64,000 nucleotides of DNA from a virus. The stretch is taken from positions 96,001 through 160,000 of IMG/VR virus record IMGVR_UViG_3300003690_000002; one strand, 5' to 3'. Shown one piece after another: positions 41,672 through 51,894 of the stretch (position 1 is the stretch's first letter; each line of letters opens with the position of its first letter). A program made the position numbers and the translations under genes. The notes beneath the pieces were generated by a model. The model had not been told where the DNA came from. It saw nothing but the letters and a program-made list of their open reading frames with translations, and did no database searches.

Positions 41672-43736
41672 TTAATATTCTGAAAGCACTTCGCATTCAG
41701 ATTCTAATAGTAAAAACTGTTTATTTTTATGTGTAGCTGGTTTTTGTGTAATTATAACATATTCTTTTATGTCAGAGCCTTTTTTTAACCTGCGCCACAT
41801 TGGTATGTCCCATATTTCAATAATTATGCCCCTACCTTCGGGCGGAATCGACTTTAACTTCTTGTTTATTTTCCACTTTATTAAATCACCAATTTTCATA
41901 TATTCATCATAACAAAAATTTAATAAAAAGTCAAGAATTTATATGACATTAATTATAAAAATATTTATTATTAAACATTATCATGTTCAATAACCTCTAA
42001 ATCTCGCTCAAGAAGCCATGTGGTTTTTTTACCAAGTTGAATTAAAACTGTTTTTTCGCGCTTGCCACCTGGATATTCAATGTGGCTTTCTTTGAGAATT
42101 AAAACTGGCTTACCATAAGTCCAGATATCTATAATCAATTGGCTATCGCCAAAATCAAACGAAGGCTGTATAATTATTGCTAAATCACCGGGCTTCACTG
42201 ATAACTTTAATCCATTTTTTGTTCATTGGCGCTGGTGGACTTGGATTATCTAGACACACCAACATATAACAGTCCTTGAGCGCATAGTAATTGCCAGGGT
42301 GTGGAGCATGTGGATTGTGCGCCTTTAAACTTGTTACGATGTATAGCCCAATAAAAGAAGGACCAACTTTTACTAAATTACCGATTTTCATTTATTTCTC
42401 TGCCCACCAAATGCCCCATACAATTAATGCAATTCCTGTAATTGTCAACCATGCCATGTTAATCCCCTTTTTTGCTGATAACTTGTATTTCATTTTCTTG
42501 CACCCACCACAATATGCCATCGCGAAAAAGAAAATGTACTTTATACATTGTTGATTTTGCTATTGGATTTTGAGATTCATTAATATCCAAAATAAGACCT
42601 AATGTATCTGTTGATATATTTTCTATTCCATACGGAAAATTACTTTCCGCTCCTATAAGAACTTGTGTTGGTGTTACAAGATCGCCTATCTTCATAATAA
42701 GGTTTTAATATTTTATAGTAAGATTAACTTTTTTTAGTTAATCGCCAATTGCCAACGTCAATATAATCACCAAAATGCTCTGCAATCACGGTCTTACTTT
42801 TTCCATAAGATACACGTACAAATTGCTTATTTCCTATGCAATTTTGTATGCCAATAACTTTCCCTGTTTTATTAATAAATGGCTTAAATCTTATATCGTT
42901 TTTTGAGAAACGCTTAAGTTTTACTTTATCTCCAATATTATAATACACTATGAACTCCCTTCTAAAGAATTTGCCAATTCTATTATGTCCTCATCACTAT
43001 CAACCCAAATTGCTTCGGGTATATTTGTTTTAACTTCGTAATTCATTTCTCCCATCTCTTTTGCTGCTCTTTCGATTCTTTCAGGCGTACCTCTTTCTTG
43101 GTGCCTTGTGATTAATTCTTGGCTAGATGGCGGTACACAGTAAACAAGAATTAAATTTTTTCCATTATGTTCAGCAATTTTTTTTAAATCATCATATCCA
43201 CGACTTCCATTAACGTTTGTAAAGTCCGTTAACATGACAGATTTTTTTGCATTTTTAAAATCTTTAAATCTGGTTCCGTAATAATTTTCTTCATAATAGT
43301 TTGTGTTTATCAACAAGCCATCTTCTTTCATCTTTTGCCATTCGCCTTTTTGTAAAAAACTATATTCAATGTCTTCTTTACCACGAGGTTGTCGCGTTGA
43401 AGTAGAAACGATTTCTTTCCATCCCATTTTTTTTAAAGTATTTTTATGCCAGGATTTTCCACAACCTGATGGACCAAAAATAGCAATAATTGTACCACCA
43501 GCGGATTCTTTTAAGTATTTTCTCCAGGCTTCAAGCAAAGGCTGCATATTTTAACTAGTCTCTTTTCTAAAAGATTCTAACCATGTTAGCTTATAAAGTT
43601 TATGAAATCCGTCCCTCCAAAGAACTTTGGCATGCAAATCATTAGAAGAGCCAAAGCGAAATATTTCAGTGACAAGACCAGCCTTTCGTGGACCTTCTTT
43701 CTGATTTACCATATCTCCGATTTCAATTCTTTGCAC
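41672..43736 (-). CDS. Array 3 of KOW/SH3-like small proteins (interrupted by gmk)
   Basis: 41672, 41971, 42185, 42459, 42724, 43551 all carry (I/P)G(D/N)(L/K/M)(V/I/A) near the N-terminus. Confidence 0.75.
42948..43547 (-). CDS. gmk: Guanylate kinase-like protein with a leader-A-like N-terminus
   Basis: MQPLLEAWRKYLKE; GPSGCGKS; VSTSTRQPR; NYYGT. Confidence 0.8.
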   Translation of the reverse strand: MQPLLEAWRKYLKESAGGTIIAIFGPSGCGKSWHKNTLKKMGWKEIVSTSTRQPRGKEDIEYSFLQKGEWQKMKEDGLLINTNYYEENYYGTRFKDFKNAKKSVMLTDFTNVNGSRGYDDLKKIAEHNGKNLILVYCVPPSSQELITRHQERGTPERIERAAKEMGEMNYEVKTNIPEAIWVDSDEDIIELANSLEGSS

Positions 43737-43781
43737 TTTTTAAACCTTCACGCCCCATATTAGCATAGTTTATAGAATAAG

Positions 43782-44402
43782 TCAATTGTTTTTTTGTTTT
43801 TTAATAACTTTCTCATATGATGTAATCTTTACCATCTCGGATAAGCTTATTGTGTATTGTTTCACCAAATCAGATCGATTTCTTTTTTCTGCATCTTTAA
43901 TGCTTTCATATAAAATTAGCACCGCAAGTTCTGCATTTATTAAGTATTCAACAGCTTGGGTAATAACTTTTATTGCTGCCAAAATCATTGATGTTGAGCT
44001 TGATTTAAAATAAAAAATCTTTTCCCTAGAACTTTTCAAAGCTAACCGAATTTCAACTGGGGCGTCTGATTTTCTTCTATAACTACTCTCTTTAAACTTG
44101 ACTTGCATTGAAAAATCTTCAAACCGAATATTTTTAAGAGAAATAAATTTATTATTGAGTTTATTAATAATTGAAGCAAATAGTGCATCTACTGCACCTT
44201 TGCCTTTTCCTTCAATTTGAAATGAGCCATCTTTGTAGTTTTCTAATTCTAATGTATATGACACAGATGTATAATTTTGTTCGATATTTTCTTTTAAAGA
44301 AAATTTCTTAATATACACGTTAATGTAATCTTTTTGTAAAGTATTTCTTACGATTTTTTCGCATTTTTTTTGGGCAATCTCTTCTGGAAATTCAAAGTGC
44401 AT
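43782..44402 (-). CDS. Stand-alone LeuA-type allosteric/dimerisation domain protein
   Basis: GKGKGAVDALFASI...FEDFSM resembles the GxGPVDA...DY motif; no catalytic TIM barrel. Confidence 0.5.
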   Translation of the reverse strand: MHFEFPEEIAQKKCEKIVRNTLQKDYINVYIKKFSLKENIEQNYTSVSYTLELENYKDGSFQIEGKGKGAVDALFASIINKLNNKFISLKNIRFEDFSMQVKFKESSYRRKSDAPVEIRLALKSSREKIFYFKSSSTSMILAAIKVITQAVEYLINAELAVLILYESIKDAEKRNRSDLVKQYTISLSEMVKITSYEKVIKKQKNN

Positions 44403-44408
44403 TCTATA

Positions 44409-45029
44409 TTAAATAGTTTCACGTAGTCGCCCATAGATGATTTTCTTGCCAATAAAATAACAAACAATTGCCAATATTATTCCAGAAGCAACATCAATGA
44501 TATAGTGTTGCTTCAAGAGAAGAGTTGAAATTGAAATTAACAATGCCCATGCAAAATATATGCTTTTTATCCATTTATTATTTTTTGCAAAAGATGAGTC
44601 CATAATAAAAAATCCCAGTAGCCATGAAAAAGTGACATGTCCAGACGGAAATGTGTTATGTGGACCATCGATTGCTCTTGTTATTTCTAATAGCCATGCT
44701 GACATTGATGATTGATCGAATAAAGATCTTGGATAAAAAGAAGGAAATAAAATATAAAATAAACTGAGGACAATTGTTGCTATTATAAATCCCATAAATG
44801 CGGACAGAAATACTTCTTTTTTATGAAGAAGGATTAATAGTGTAATTGTGAGTACGGGAATTAGTGTGTGATACACCCATATGAATTCTGGAACAAAAGG
44901 AATCGCTATGTCTATACTGGTTAATAAATCGTAATTTCCAGTTGTTATAAAATATTGTATTGAAAAGTAAGTTATTAAATTTAAAAACAAAAACATTAAC
45001 ACATATTTTGCTTTTGTCCTTAGCGGCAC
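44409..45029 (-). CDS. PAP2-superfamily membrane phosphatase/phosphotransferase
   Basis: NTFPSGH and KQHYIIDV; multiple transmembrane helices. Confidence 0.85.
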   Translation of the reverse strand: MPLRTKAKYVLMFLFLNLITYFSIQYFITTGNYDLLTSIDIAIPFVPEFIWVYHTLIPVLTITLLILLHKKEVFLSAFMGFIIATIVLSLFYILFPSFYPRSLFDQSSMSAWLLEITRAIDGPHNTFPSGHVTFSWLLGFFIMDSSFAKNNKWIKSIYFAWALLISISTLLLKQHYIIDVASGIILAIVCYFIGKKIIYGRLRETI

Positions 45030-45187
45030 TACACCGGTCCCTCCATTTATTTTTTCTTAAAAATCTCAAAGAAAGCCACATGCTTGAAAATGGGATTGGT
45101 GTGAAAAACTTTTCACACCCGTTAATACATATGTTCTTTTTTTTAAAAAGAATAGAAATTCATTAATTTTTTAAATAAATACGAACT

Positions 45188-45457
45188 TTACTTAAAAACT
45201 GGGTTGCGGTGGGTTTCAAACATTTCTCTTAAGAAAGATTTTTTTAGACTTAATAGGCGTTCAAATTTTACTCTCTCTCTTGTATTGTGATACAACACAG
45301 TGGGTTTTCTTATTTCTCCGTTGATAAAGTGTTCGCTGAAATCGTAAAACTTGGATCGAACTTTTGGCGGTTTTGCGTTTGCTAGTTCAACACCAATAAT
45401 TATTAATAAAATTAAAGCAAGAAAAAAAGTTAGAATTCTTATGATTGTTACATTCAA
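45188..45457 (-). CDS. GltF/CglF-like secreted protein (myxobacterial gliding-associated family)
   Basis: Signal ending ANA; YDFSEHFINGEIRKP...RERVKFERLLSLKKSF resembles the recalled CglF pattern. Confidence 0.55.
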   Translation of the reverse strand: MNVTIIRILTFFLALILLIIIGVELANAKPPKVRSKFYDFSEHFINGEIRKPTVLYHNTRERVKFERLLSLKKSFLREMFETHRNPVFK

Positions 45458-48047
45458 CTTTTCGATTCTTCTTCATCATCGTCGCGTTTTGCAGAATGCT
45501 CTTTGTGATCCTCTGCAAGACTTGCTTCTAAAATATAAAGATCTTTAACAGGTATTGTACGAATATCATTATTCCCGAAATCTACATCATATCGAGTTAC
45601 TTCTTGTAATTTTTTATTCCAACTGTGATCAATTACAATACCTTTTTTTCCAGTTTGGCGCTCAGCAACATGGTGAGCGCAATAATGATTTGGGGCGAAA
45701 ACACGATTATTTTCTTCATTTAATATATTTTGTAATTCTTCTTTAATAATTTGCCTTAACTTTGATTTTGTTAAGTTCATTTCTTTTCCCTCTTTTTGAC
45801 CACCGTAAGCGAACCAACAATTGTTTCACGATTTTCGCCTTTTCTGTCCCATTTAACGACGGCTCGTCGATCTCCACCTTTACCACTTCGAAGCGCTGCA
45901 ACCATTCCTTGACCATATTCTTTATGTTTTACAATATCGCCTATTTTTACTTCCATTAAATCTGGTTGCCAAGGTAATCCTTCGGGTTCGGGCTCACTAT
46001 CACCTGTTTTTCTTTGTAAGCTTCGAGCCACCGGTAAAAGAAGATCCATGAGAGGCTCTTCGATGTCAAGTTCTATGTTCTCCATTGTATCTTTGATGAC
46101 AGTGGGGCTGAGCGGACGTCCTGTTGGTCCTTTATACTGTTTTAGAAACTCCCAAGCAGCACTCTTAATAGCATCGCTAGCGGCAGAAACTAATTTGTCA
46201 TTTAGCTGATATTCGGGGGCATTGAACCGCTCAAAGTCGTCTAATTCTTCTTTGATGATCCGTTTAAGTTTTGATTCTGTTAATTTCATTTCTCCTTGAG
46301 TGGTTGGAAGATCGCTCTTTTTTACAATCAAGTACCTTCCTTCACCAGTGGGATTATCAGGATCATCATGATTCTGCCAACGACCAACGAGGTTTAAAAT
46401 ATATGAGCGAAGCTTGTTCACTTCTTCTTCTGACATTTCTCCAAGAGATAAAAGGCTATCAATGCAAGCTTCTCCGCCATGATGCCACCCGAGGGGATCT
46501 TTTCGACCAGGACCCATCTTCAAACATCTACGATACAATTCTGCAGCTTTGGCTTCATTTGCATCTGGCCAATTAGCATTTTCTATCTCTTCTCTGATGG
46601 TTTGTTTAAGTTTTGATTTTGTTAGTTTCATTTTTACCCCTCTCTGCGAGTCATATTAGTAAATACGGCAGCTGCTATCTCATGAAAATTTATGGTGGGC
46701 GTTCCCTTGGGCACATATTGTTTTTTAAGCGCTATCAACGTTTCTTGTGCCGCATCACCATACTCGCCTCCCGTGTTGGTCGCATCGGCTAATTTAGTTA
46801 ATTCAGCTTTAATTTCTGGTGTTCCGGGATCGAGACTTAAAATTTTATCCATCAGGCTGTTCCCTTCAACTATTTTTTGAAGTTCTTCTTTGATGATTTG
46901 CTTTAGTTTTGTTTTTGTTAGTTTCATTTATTGTCTCCTATTAGCCCGATTTAGAAACTTGTATAATTTTAGCCAAGAATTTTTCAGATGTATAAAAACC
47001 ATGAGTCGGGGTCCACTGTCTGTCATCGGTGGGATCGGTGATCGTCTCTATACTCTTATCATGTCTGTCATCAGATATTTCTACGACAACGAAATCTCCA
47101 GCGGTATATTCGCTTTGAGATTCCGGATCTTCTAGTTCGACATCGGGCGAATCCATGAAATTTTCATGGATTACCACGCCGAGCGTCTTTAATTCTTCTT
47201 TGATGATTTGCTTTAGTTTTGTTTTTGTTAATTTCACCTTTTTTCTCCTTTAACTTTTTTTACGCAACTTTCATATTTTTCTTTATCTTTTCTTCCAACA
47301 GAAGCTGTGCAGATAGCCCACGGGTTGTTTTTTTCTTCTTTCTCTTCTAATACATTTTTATTAAACCATTCTTTAAGAAGATTCAAAAAAGCATAAGAAT
47401 CCTTATCGTTCATTTGTTTTGACATATTACGAATATTCTCAATAGCCACTTTGTGAGCATCCCATACTTTATCGCTCATTTGAGGACGTTCATTTAACAC
47501 TTCTTTAATAATTTGTTTGAGTTTTAATTTGGTGCTTTTCATGGCGATGTCCTCATTGGTCCTGTCAACAAGTTTTGCAGTTGTGTTATAAGATTTTGAA
47601 CATCTTTTTGTGTAGAGAAGGTCATGCCAACATTCCATTTATGTTCGTTTTCATTCCAAACGTGCATTTCCATAGTCAGCCCATCTTGGGTCCAATCAAA
47701 TCTAACACCTGGGCTAGCAATTATAGAATTTAACTCTTCTTTAATGATCTGCTTAAGTTTTGATTTAGTTAGTTTCATATTATTTAAGTACCTTTTTTGT
47801 TTACTACGCTAACATGCATACCACCTTCTTTTACTTTCTTTGCGTATTCTTTAGCGGCGTCTTTAGATACAAAAGTTTTAGCGTCTTCAAGTGTACCAAA
47901 ATTCGGATCATCAGGTTTACCACCGGTAACAAATTTTTCGTTAAAGGTAACACCAGACCTTTCTAAAACATATGTTTCTTTTTCTTCTAGAATAAGCTTA
48001 AGCTCTTCTTTAATAATTTGTTTAAGTTTGGTCTTCGAGATCTTCAT
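45454..48047 (-). CDS. Cluster of seven leader-B genes
   Basis: 45454-45780, 45777-46631 (two leaders), 46634-46927, 46941-47237, 47234-about 47540, 47539-47778, 47784-48047; all carry MK(L/I/S)(T/S)KxKL(K/R)QxI(K/R)E(E/V). Confidence 0.8.
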
Positions 48048-48050
48048 TGT

Positions 48051-48518
48051 TTATTCCTTAGCTCTTGTTTTAAAAAGCCTGTCACACCAATCTCTAGTTA
48101 TGCACCAATTTTTCTCTTGATCTTGACCCATATGATGGTTATAGTGCCAAGGTGCATGTTTTTTTGCCCATTGAATATTCATGTGGGATTTCTTATGTAC
48201 CCTGTAATAATTCCATGTACAATATACCAATATTAAATAAAATAATGGTATTATACTAAATAGTGGTAAATGTGCTAAAAGTAATAAAGATAATGATAGC
48301 TTTTCTTTCAAGATTGAACCACGAAATGGACTATTATATGATGGATCAAGTCCTTTGTGTTTTCTAACAAGCTTGTGGTGATCGTGCCAGTGGAATGCCC
48401 AAAATGAATTTTTATTTTTACCTAGCTTGTGTAAAATGTATTTATGTGAAAACCATTCTACAAAATTACAGTAAAAAAAAGCAATCGGAATTGTTAATAA
48501 GTGAAGCGTAATTAGCAT
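48051..48518 (-). CDS. Fatty-acid hydroxylase/sterol desaturase superfamily membrane protein
   Basis: His boxes HKYILH, HWHDHH, HKKSH, HYNHH. Confidence 0.75.
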   Translation of the reverse strand: MLITLHLLTIPIAFFYCNFVEWFSHKYILHKLGKNKNSFWAFHWHDHHKLVRKHKGLDPSYNSPFRGSILKEKLSLSLLLLAHLPLFSIIPLFYLILVYCTWNYYRVHKKSHMNIQWAKKHAPWHYNHHMGQDQEKNWCITRDWCDRLFKTRAKE

Positions 48519-51280
48519 ATGTTTTTTTCTTTTTTTCTTTCCTCTATTAATCTTAAAGCTTTGTAAATCATTGTGCGAACCTTTTTTTCAAGTGTAAGTT
48601 GTTTGTCTGGAATTTCTCCTTCGACTCGACCGAGATTCTTAAATCTTCTATAAATGCCTACTATTTTTGGTAATAGTTCTTGTAATGCTTTTACTTTCTT
48701 TTTGTTTAATTTTGAATAATCATTATTTAATATTGCGCTTTTGACATCAATGGAAGTCATTAATGTTTCAAGTTGATTGACTAAACTATCTGGGACCTCA
48801 CCTACTGTTTTGCCTCGCAGGTCTTCGATTTCAACTTTTTGCATAACATCTATCATTTTAAAAATTGCATCAATTTTTGTTTGCTGTCCTGCGCGACCTT
48901 CTACATATTTTTTTGAGTATGCCACATCTGCAACTCGTATCATGTCAGAAGCTTTCTCAACAAATTTTTCAAGATTTTTATCTATATGTTGGAGAAAATT
49001 TATTGCTGCATGCATTGTTGCAGGATCAATTTGTTCATCAAAGAAAAATTTAATATCTTGAATCTGAGCATGTCGAGGTGCTTTTGTTGCCATTGGTCCA
49101 TGTTTGTGTGGAATCCGTGGAAGAGGGCTGCCAACATCGATGTCCCTAAGTGATGGTGGAATTAGGTGAATTCGAATATTGTCTGTTATATAGTCTTTAA
49201 GGTAGTCTGGAGTTACAGGATCGACATGAAGAGGTAGTTCTATTTGCTTTTCTCCCTTGCCAAACAGCTCAAGCTGTCTATTGGCTGCATCTACAGATGC
49301 TTTAAGTTCTTTTTGAAATTGGTTTATAAGGTCATTTGTAAACTGCGTTGATTGAATAAAGCGATTATTAATAATTTGACCGTCTTCATACATGTTTTGA
49401 ACCATTTTAAAAAATTCATCTTGTTCTGTATTTTTAACCGGACCAAGCCCATACTTGGATAGATAACGTTCAGTACCTAATGAAATTTTAACATCACCCT
49501 CTGTTTTATCAATTTCTGTAAAATGTTTTAATTCTAGTCCGTCGTCTTCAAGCCTTATTACTAAGACGTCTGTGGCTGTGGGCTCAGCATATCCAAGGCT
49601 TGCAAACACTGATTTAATTTTTCTTCTAATGTTAGAATAGTCTGCCTCTACTTTTTCGATATCTTCTACAAAACTTTCGAAACCTTCTGGGGAAGAATCG
49701 TAGTAGTCCTGCGCGTATGGGTCAAATTGTATTGTTATATCCACTGTGTCGCCAAGAGTATTTATTGCTGTATCCTCGACCTGAAGATCTCCAAATTCAT
49801 CTTCTAGTGCCTCATCAATGTCATGATATAATACTTTTTTTTCCTCGTAAGATGCTGGTATCTCCTCAATGAAAAGATCTTTACTAAATATAATGTTAAC
49901 TCCACCATGGAAACTTACGTATGGATATCCTTCATCTCCTTCTTCTACATCGTAATTAACCCAGCAATGTTCAAGATCTGCTCTTCTTTCAACCTCTGCA
50001 GCCCCTTCCGTATATTCGTTCCATAGCTCTTCGTGTTGATCCGGTCCTTCATCGTCTGAGTCTTCTGTTACATCGCCTGTGAAAAGTGGCTGGAACTTCA
50101 TAAAAAACTTATTAAATAGTTTTGATGCTTGGCTGTCTGAGTATGAGCCCCCGGTGCGCGTGAACTTTCGCATATACTCTGGGTCAATTGCTCCTTCATC
50201 ATTGACTGCCTCTTTAAATTGTGGCTGATTTTCAAGAGCCCACGATCTTAATTTTGTATAAAATCCCGGAATATCTACACCATAAGTTCTTATTTCGGGT
50301 ATTGCTAAGTCGTATTTATGGTCACTTTTATGGAATCTTCGAAGTCTAATTCTAGAAATTGGTTCAATTCCTTCAATATCTCTCGCATCATCTTCAAATA
50401 TTTCCTCGTCATCAAGATTAACACCTTCTAAGTCTTTTGTTGCAACCACATAAGCTATTGGACCATGCCCTCTTGCCTCCCCCATGGCACAATGAAAATA
50501 ATCTGAACCTTCCGAATGACAAGAGTGAATTACTGCGAAGTCTGACATTCGCACAACATCGATTGGATGGCGAGAAATAATAATTGAGTATTCTATGCCC
50601 GCCGAGTCGGGATTTTCACGGTAAAATTGAGACTTTTTGTTCCAGAAATCTATCATTGAATTAAGTTGATGAAGCCCGGTGGATTTGCGCATTGAAGGAA
50701 AAGTCTTTTGTAAGGTTTGTTCTGTTGTATCTTCTTTGTCTTGTAAATCACGATATTCTTTAGACTTAATTATTTTATCCCTTGTTTCCTGATCTCCAAA
50801 AGGAATCGGAGCTATGTGTTCTTGATGAAATTTATATCGTTTGTTGTAAGCTTCCTGCGTTCGTTGACCCAAACGAAGTGCCTTGGCTAGTAATTTACCA
50901 ATCTTTTGTTTTTCTGTTCTGGGTTGACCAGCGCCAACTCCGGTAACACGTCGGACCGGAGCCGGGATGTTTAGATCCGGCGCTGATGCTTCCCTTGTAG
51001 CTAGTCCGGTTCCAATATCCGCTTTCCAGCCATTATCATCAAGGTATCTAATAATTTTGCCAACTCCTGATGTTGGGCTTATTGCGCTGCCTAAAGATAT
51101 ACTAGTACGCATTTTTCCATTAAATAACTTATTAAATGGCAGCGCCTCGTCGCCCTGATCTGCTAGCCAGTCTTTTATTCTACTATAGTTTTCATCAGAA
51201 ATCTCATTTAAAACTTCTTCATAAAGGGTTTGTTTTTCGGCTTGGTTTTGAAATTTTCGCCAATTTTCAAAATATTTCAT
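48512..51280 (-). CDS. Large leader-A protein (about 922 aa), unknown function
   Basis: MKYFENWRKF start coupled to upstream stop; acidic central region. Confidence 0.7.
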   Translation of the reverse strand: MKYFENWRKFQNQAEKQTLYEEVLNEISDENYSRIKDWLADQGDEALPFNKLFNGKMRTSISLGSAISPTSGVGKIIRYLDDNGWKADIGTGLATREASAPDLNIPAPVRRVTGVGAGQPRTEKQKIGKLLAKALRLGQRTQEAYNKRYKFHQEHIAPIPFGDQETRDKIIKSKEYRDLQDKEDTTEQTLQKTFPSMRKSTGLHQLNSMIDFWNKKSQFYRENPDSAGIEYSIIISRHPIDVVRMSDFAVIHSCHSEGSDYFHCAMGEARGHGPIAYVVATKDLEGVNLDDEEIFEDDARDIEGIEPISRIRLRRFHKSDHKYDLAIPEIRTYGVDIPGFYTKLRSWALENQPQFKEAVNDEGAIDPEYMRKFTRTGGSYSDSQASKLFNKFFMKFQPLFTGDVTEDSDDEGPDQHEELWNEYTEGAAEVERRADLEHCWVNYDVEEGDEGYPYVSFHGGVNIIFSKDLFIEEIPASYEEKKVLYHDIDEALEDEFGDLQVEDTAINTLGDTVDITIQFDPYAQDYYDSSPEGFESFVEDIEKVEADYSNIRRKIKSVFASLGYAEPTATDVLVIRLEDDGLELKHFTEIDKTEGDVKISLGTERYLSKYGLGPVKNTEQDEFFKMVQNMYEDGQIINNRFIQSTQFTNDLINQFQKELKASVDAANRQLELFGKGEKQIELPLHVDPVTPDYLKDYITDNIRIHLIPPSLRDIDVGSPLPRIPHKHGPMATKAPRHAQIQDIKFFFDEQIDPATMHAAINFLQHIDKNLEKFVEKASDMIRVADVAYSKKYVEGRAGQQTKIDAIFKMIDVMQKVEIEDLRGKTVGEVPDSLVNQLETLMTSIDVKSAILNNDYSKLNKKKVKALQELLPKIVGIYRRFKNLGRVEGEIPDKQLTLEKKVRTMIYKALRLIEERKKEKNIC

Positions 51281-51894
51281 ATGTGGGGGCTCCCTATCAT
51301 AATTTTCATATCTGCATGTATGCCACCAATTTTTCTGATGTACCATCCATCATATCCTGGATATATCCCTTCGGGGTGTTTTCCTATCCATTCTACTTTT
51401 TTTCCTAAAACTTTTTCAACATCTTTTTGATTATCAATATAAGGTACACCATGTTTTGTTAACATTATGTGTGCTATCTTTTTTGATGCTTCCCCATAAT
51501 ATCCAGATGTATTAAATAGCTTACTAAACTCGTCAAGAGCGATCATCTTGCTTGTTCTTTCTCCATCGTGTCCTACAACTGCTAGTTTGGTTCCTGCGCT
51601 TTTATATTTTCCTCCGACAAGAGCATCAGGGTCTGGATCCTCATCGACATCGATAGCTTTCCAATAAGTATAATCAGATGGAACGTCTTCTGAAGATTGG
51701 AAATCAAAATGTCCTTCCGGTTCGTGAGAAAAAGCAGTGGCAATTAAATCATAAAGTTGTTTTGTTAAATCTATATTTTCCTTATTTTTTAAATCTGTAG
51801 CAGATATGTCAACCCATTCACCTTTTTTTGGTTCGTAATCTTCAAACTTTTTCTCATTTATATATTTTCGCCAATTTTCAAGTAGGAGTTTCAT
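51277..51894 (-). CDS. Leader-A hypothetical protein
   Basis: MKLLLENWRKYINE. Confidence 0.7.
   Translation of the reverse strand: MKLLLENWRKYINEKKFEDYEPKKGEWVDISATDLKNKENIDLTKQLYDLIATAFSHEPEGHFDFQSSEDVPSDYTYWKAIDVDEDPDPDALVGGKYKSAGTKLAVVGHDGERTSKMIALDEFSKLFNTSGYYGEASKKIAHIMLTKHGVPYIDNQKDVEKVLGKKVEWIGKHPEGIYPGYDGWYIRKIGGIHADMKIMIGSPHI

Noticed and set aside
45098-45119. CRP-like site TGTGA...TCACA
   Set aside because: Spacer is 8 nt rather than 6; more simply a 10-bp hairpin of unknown role.
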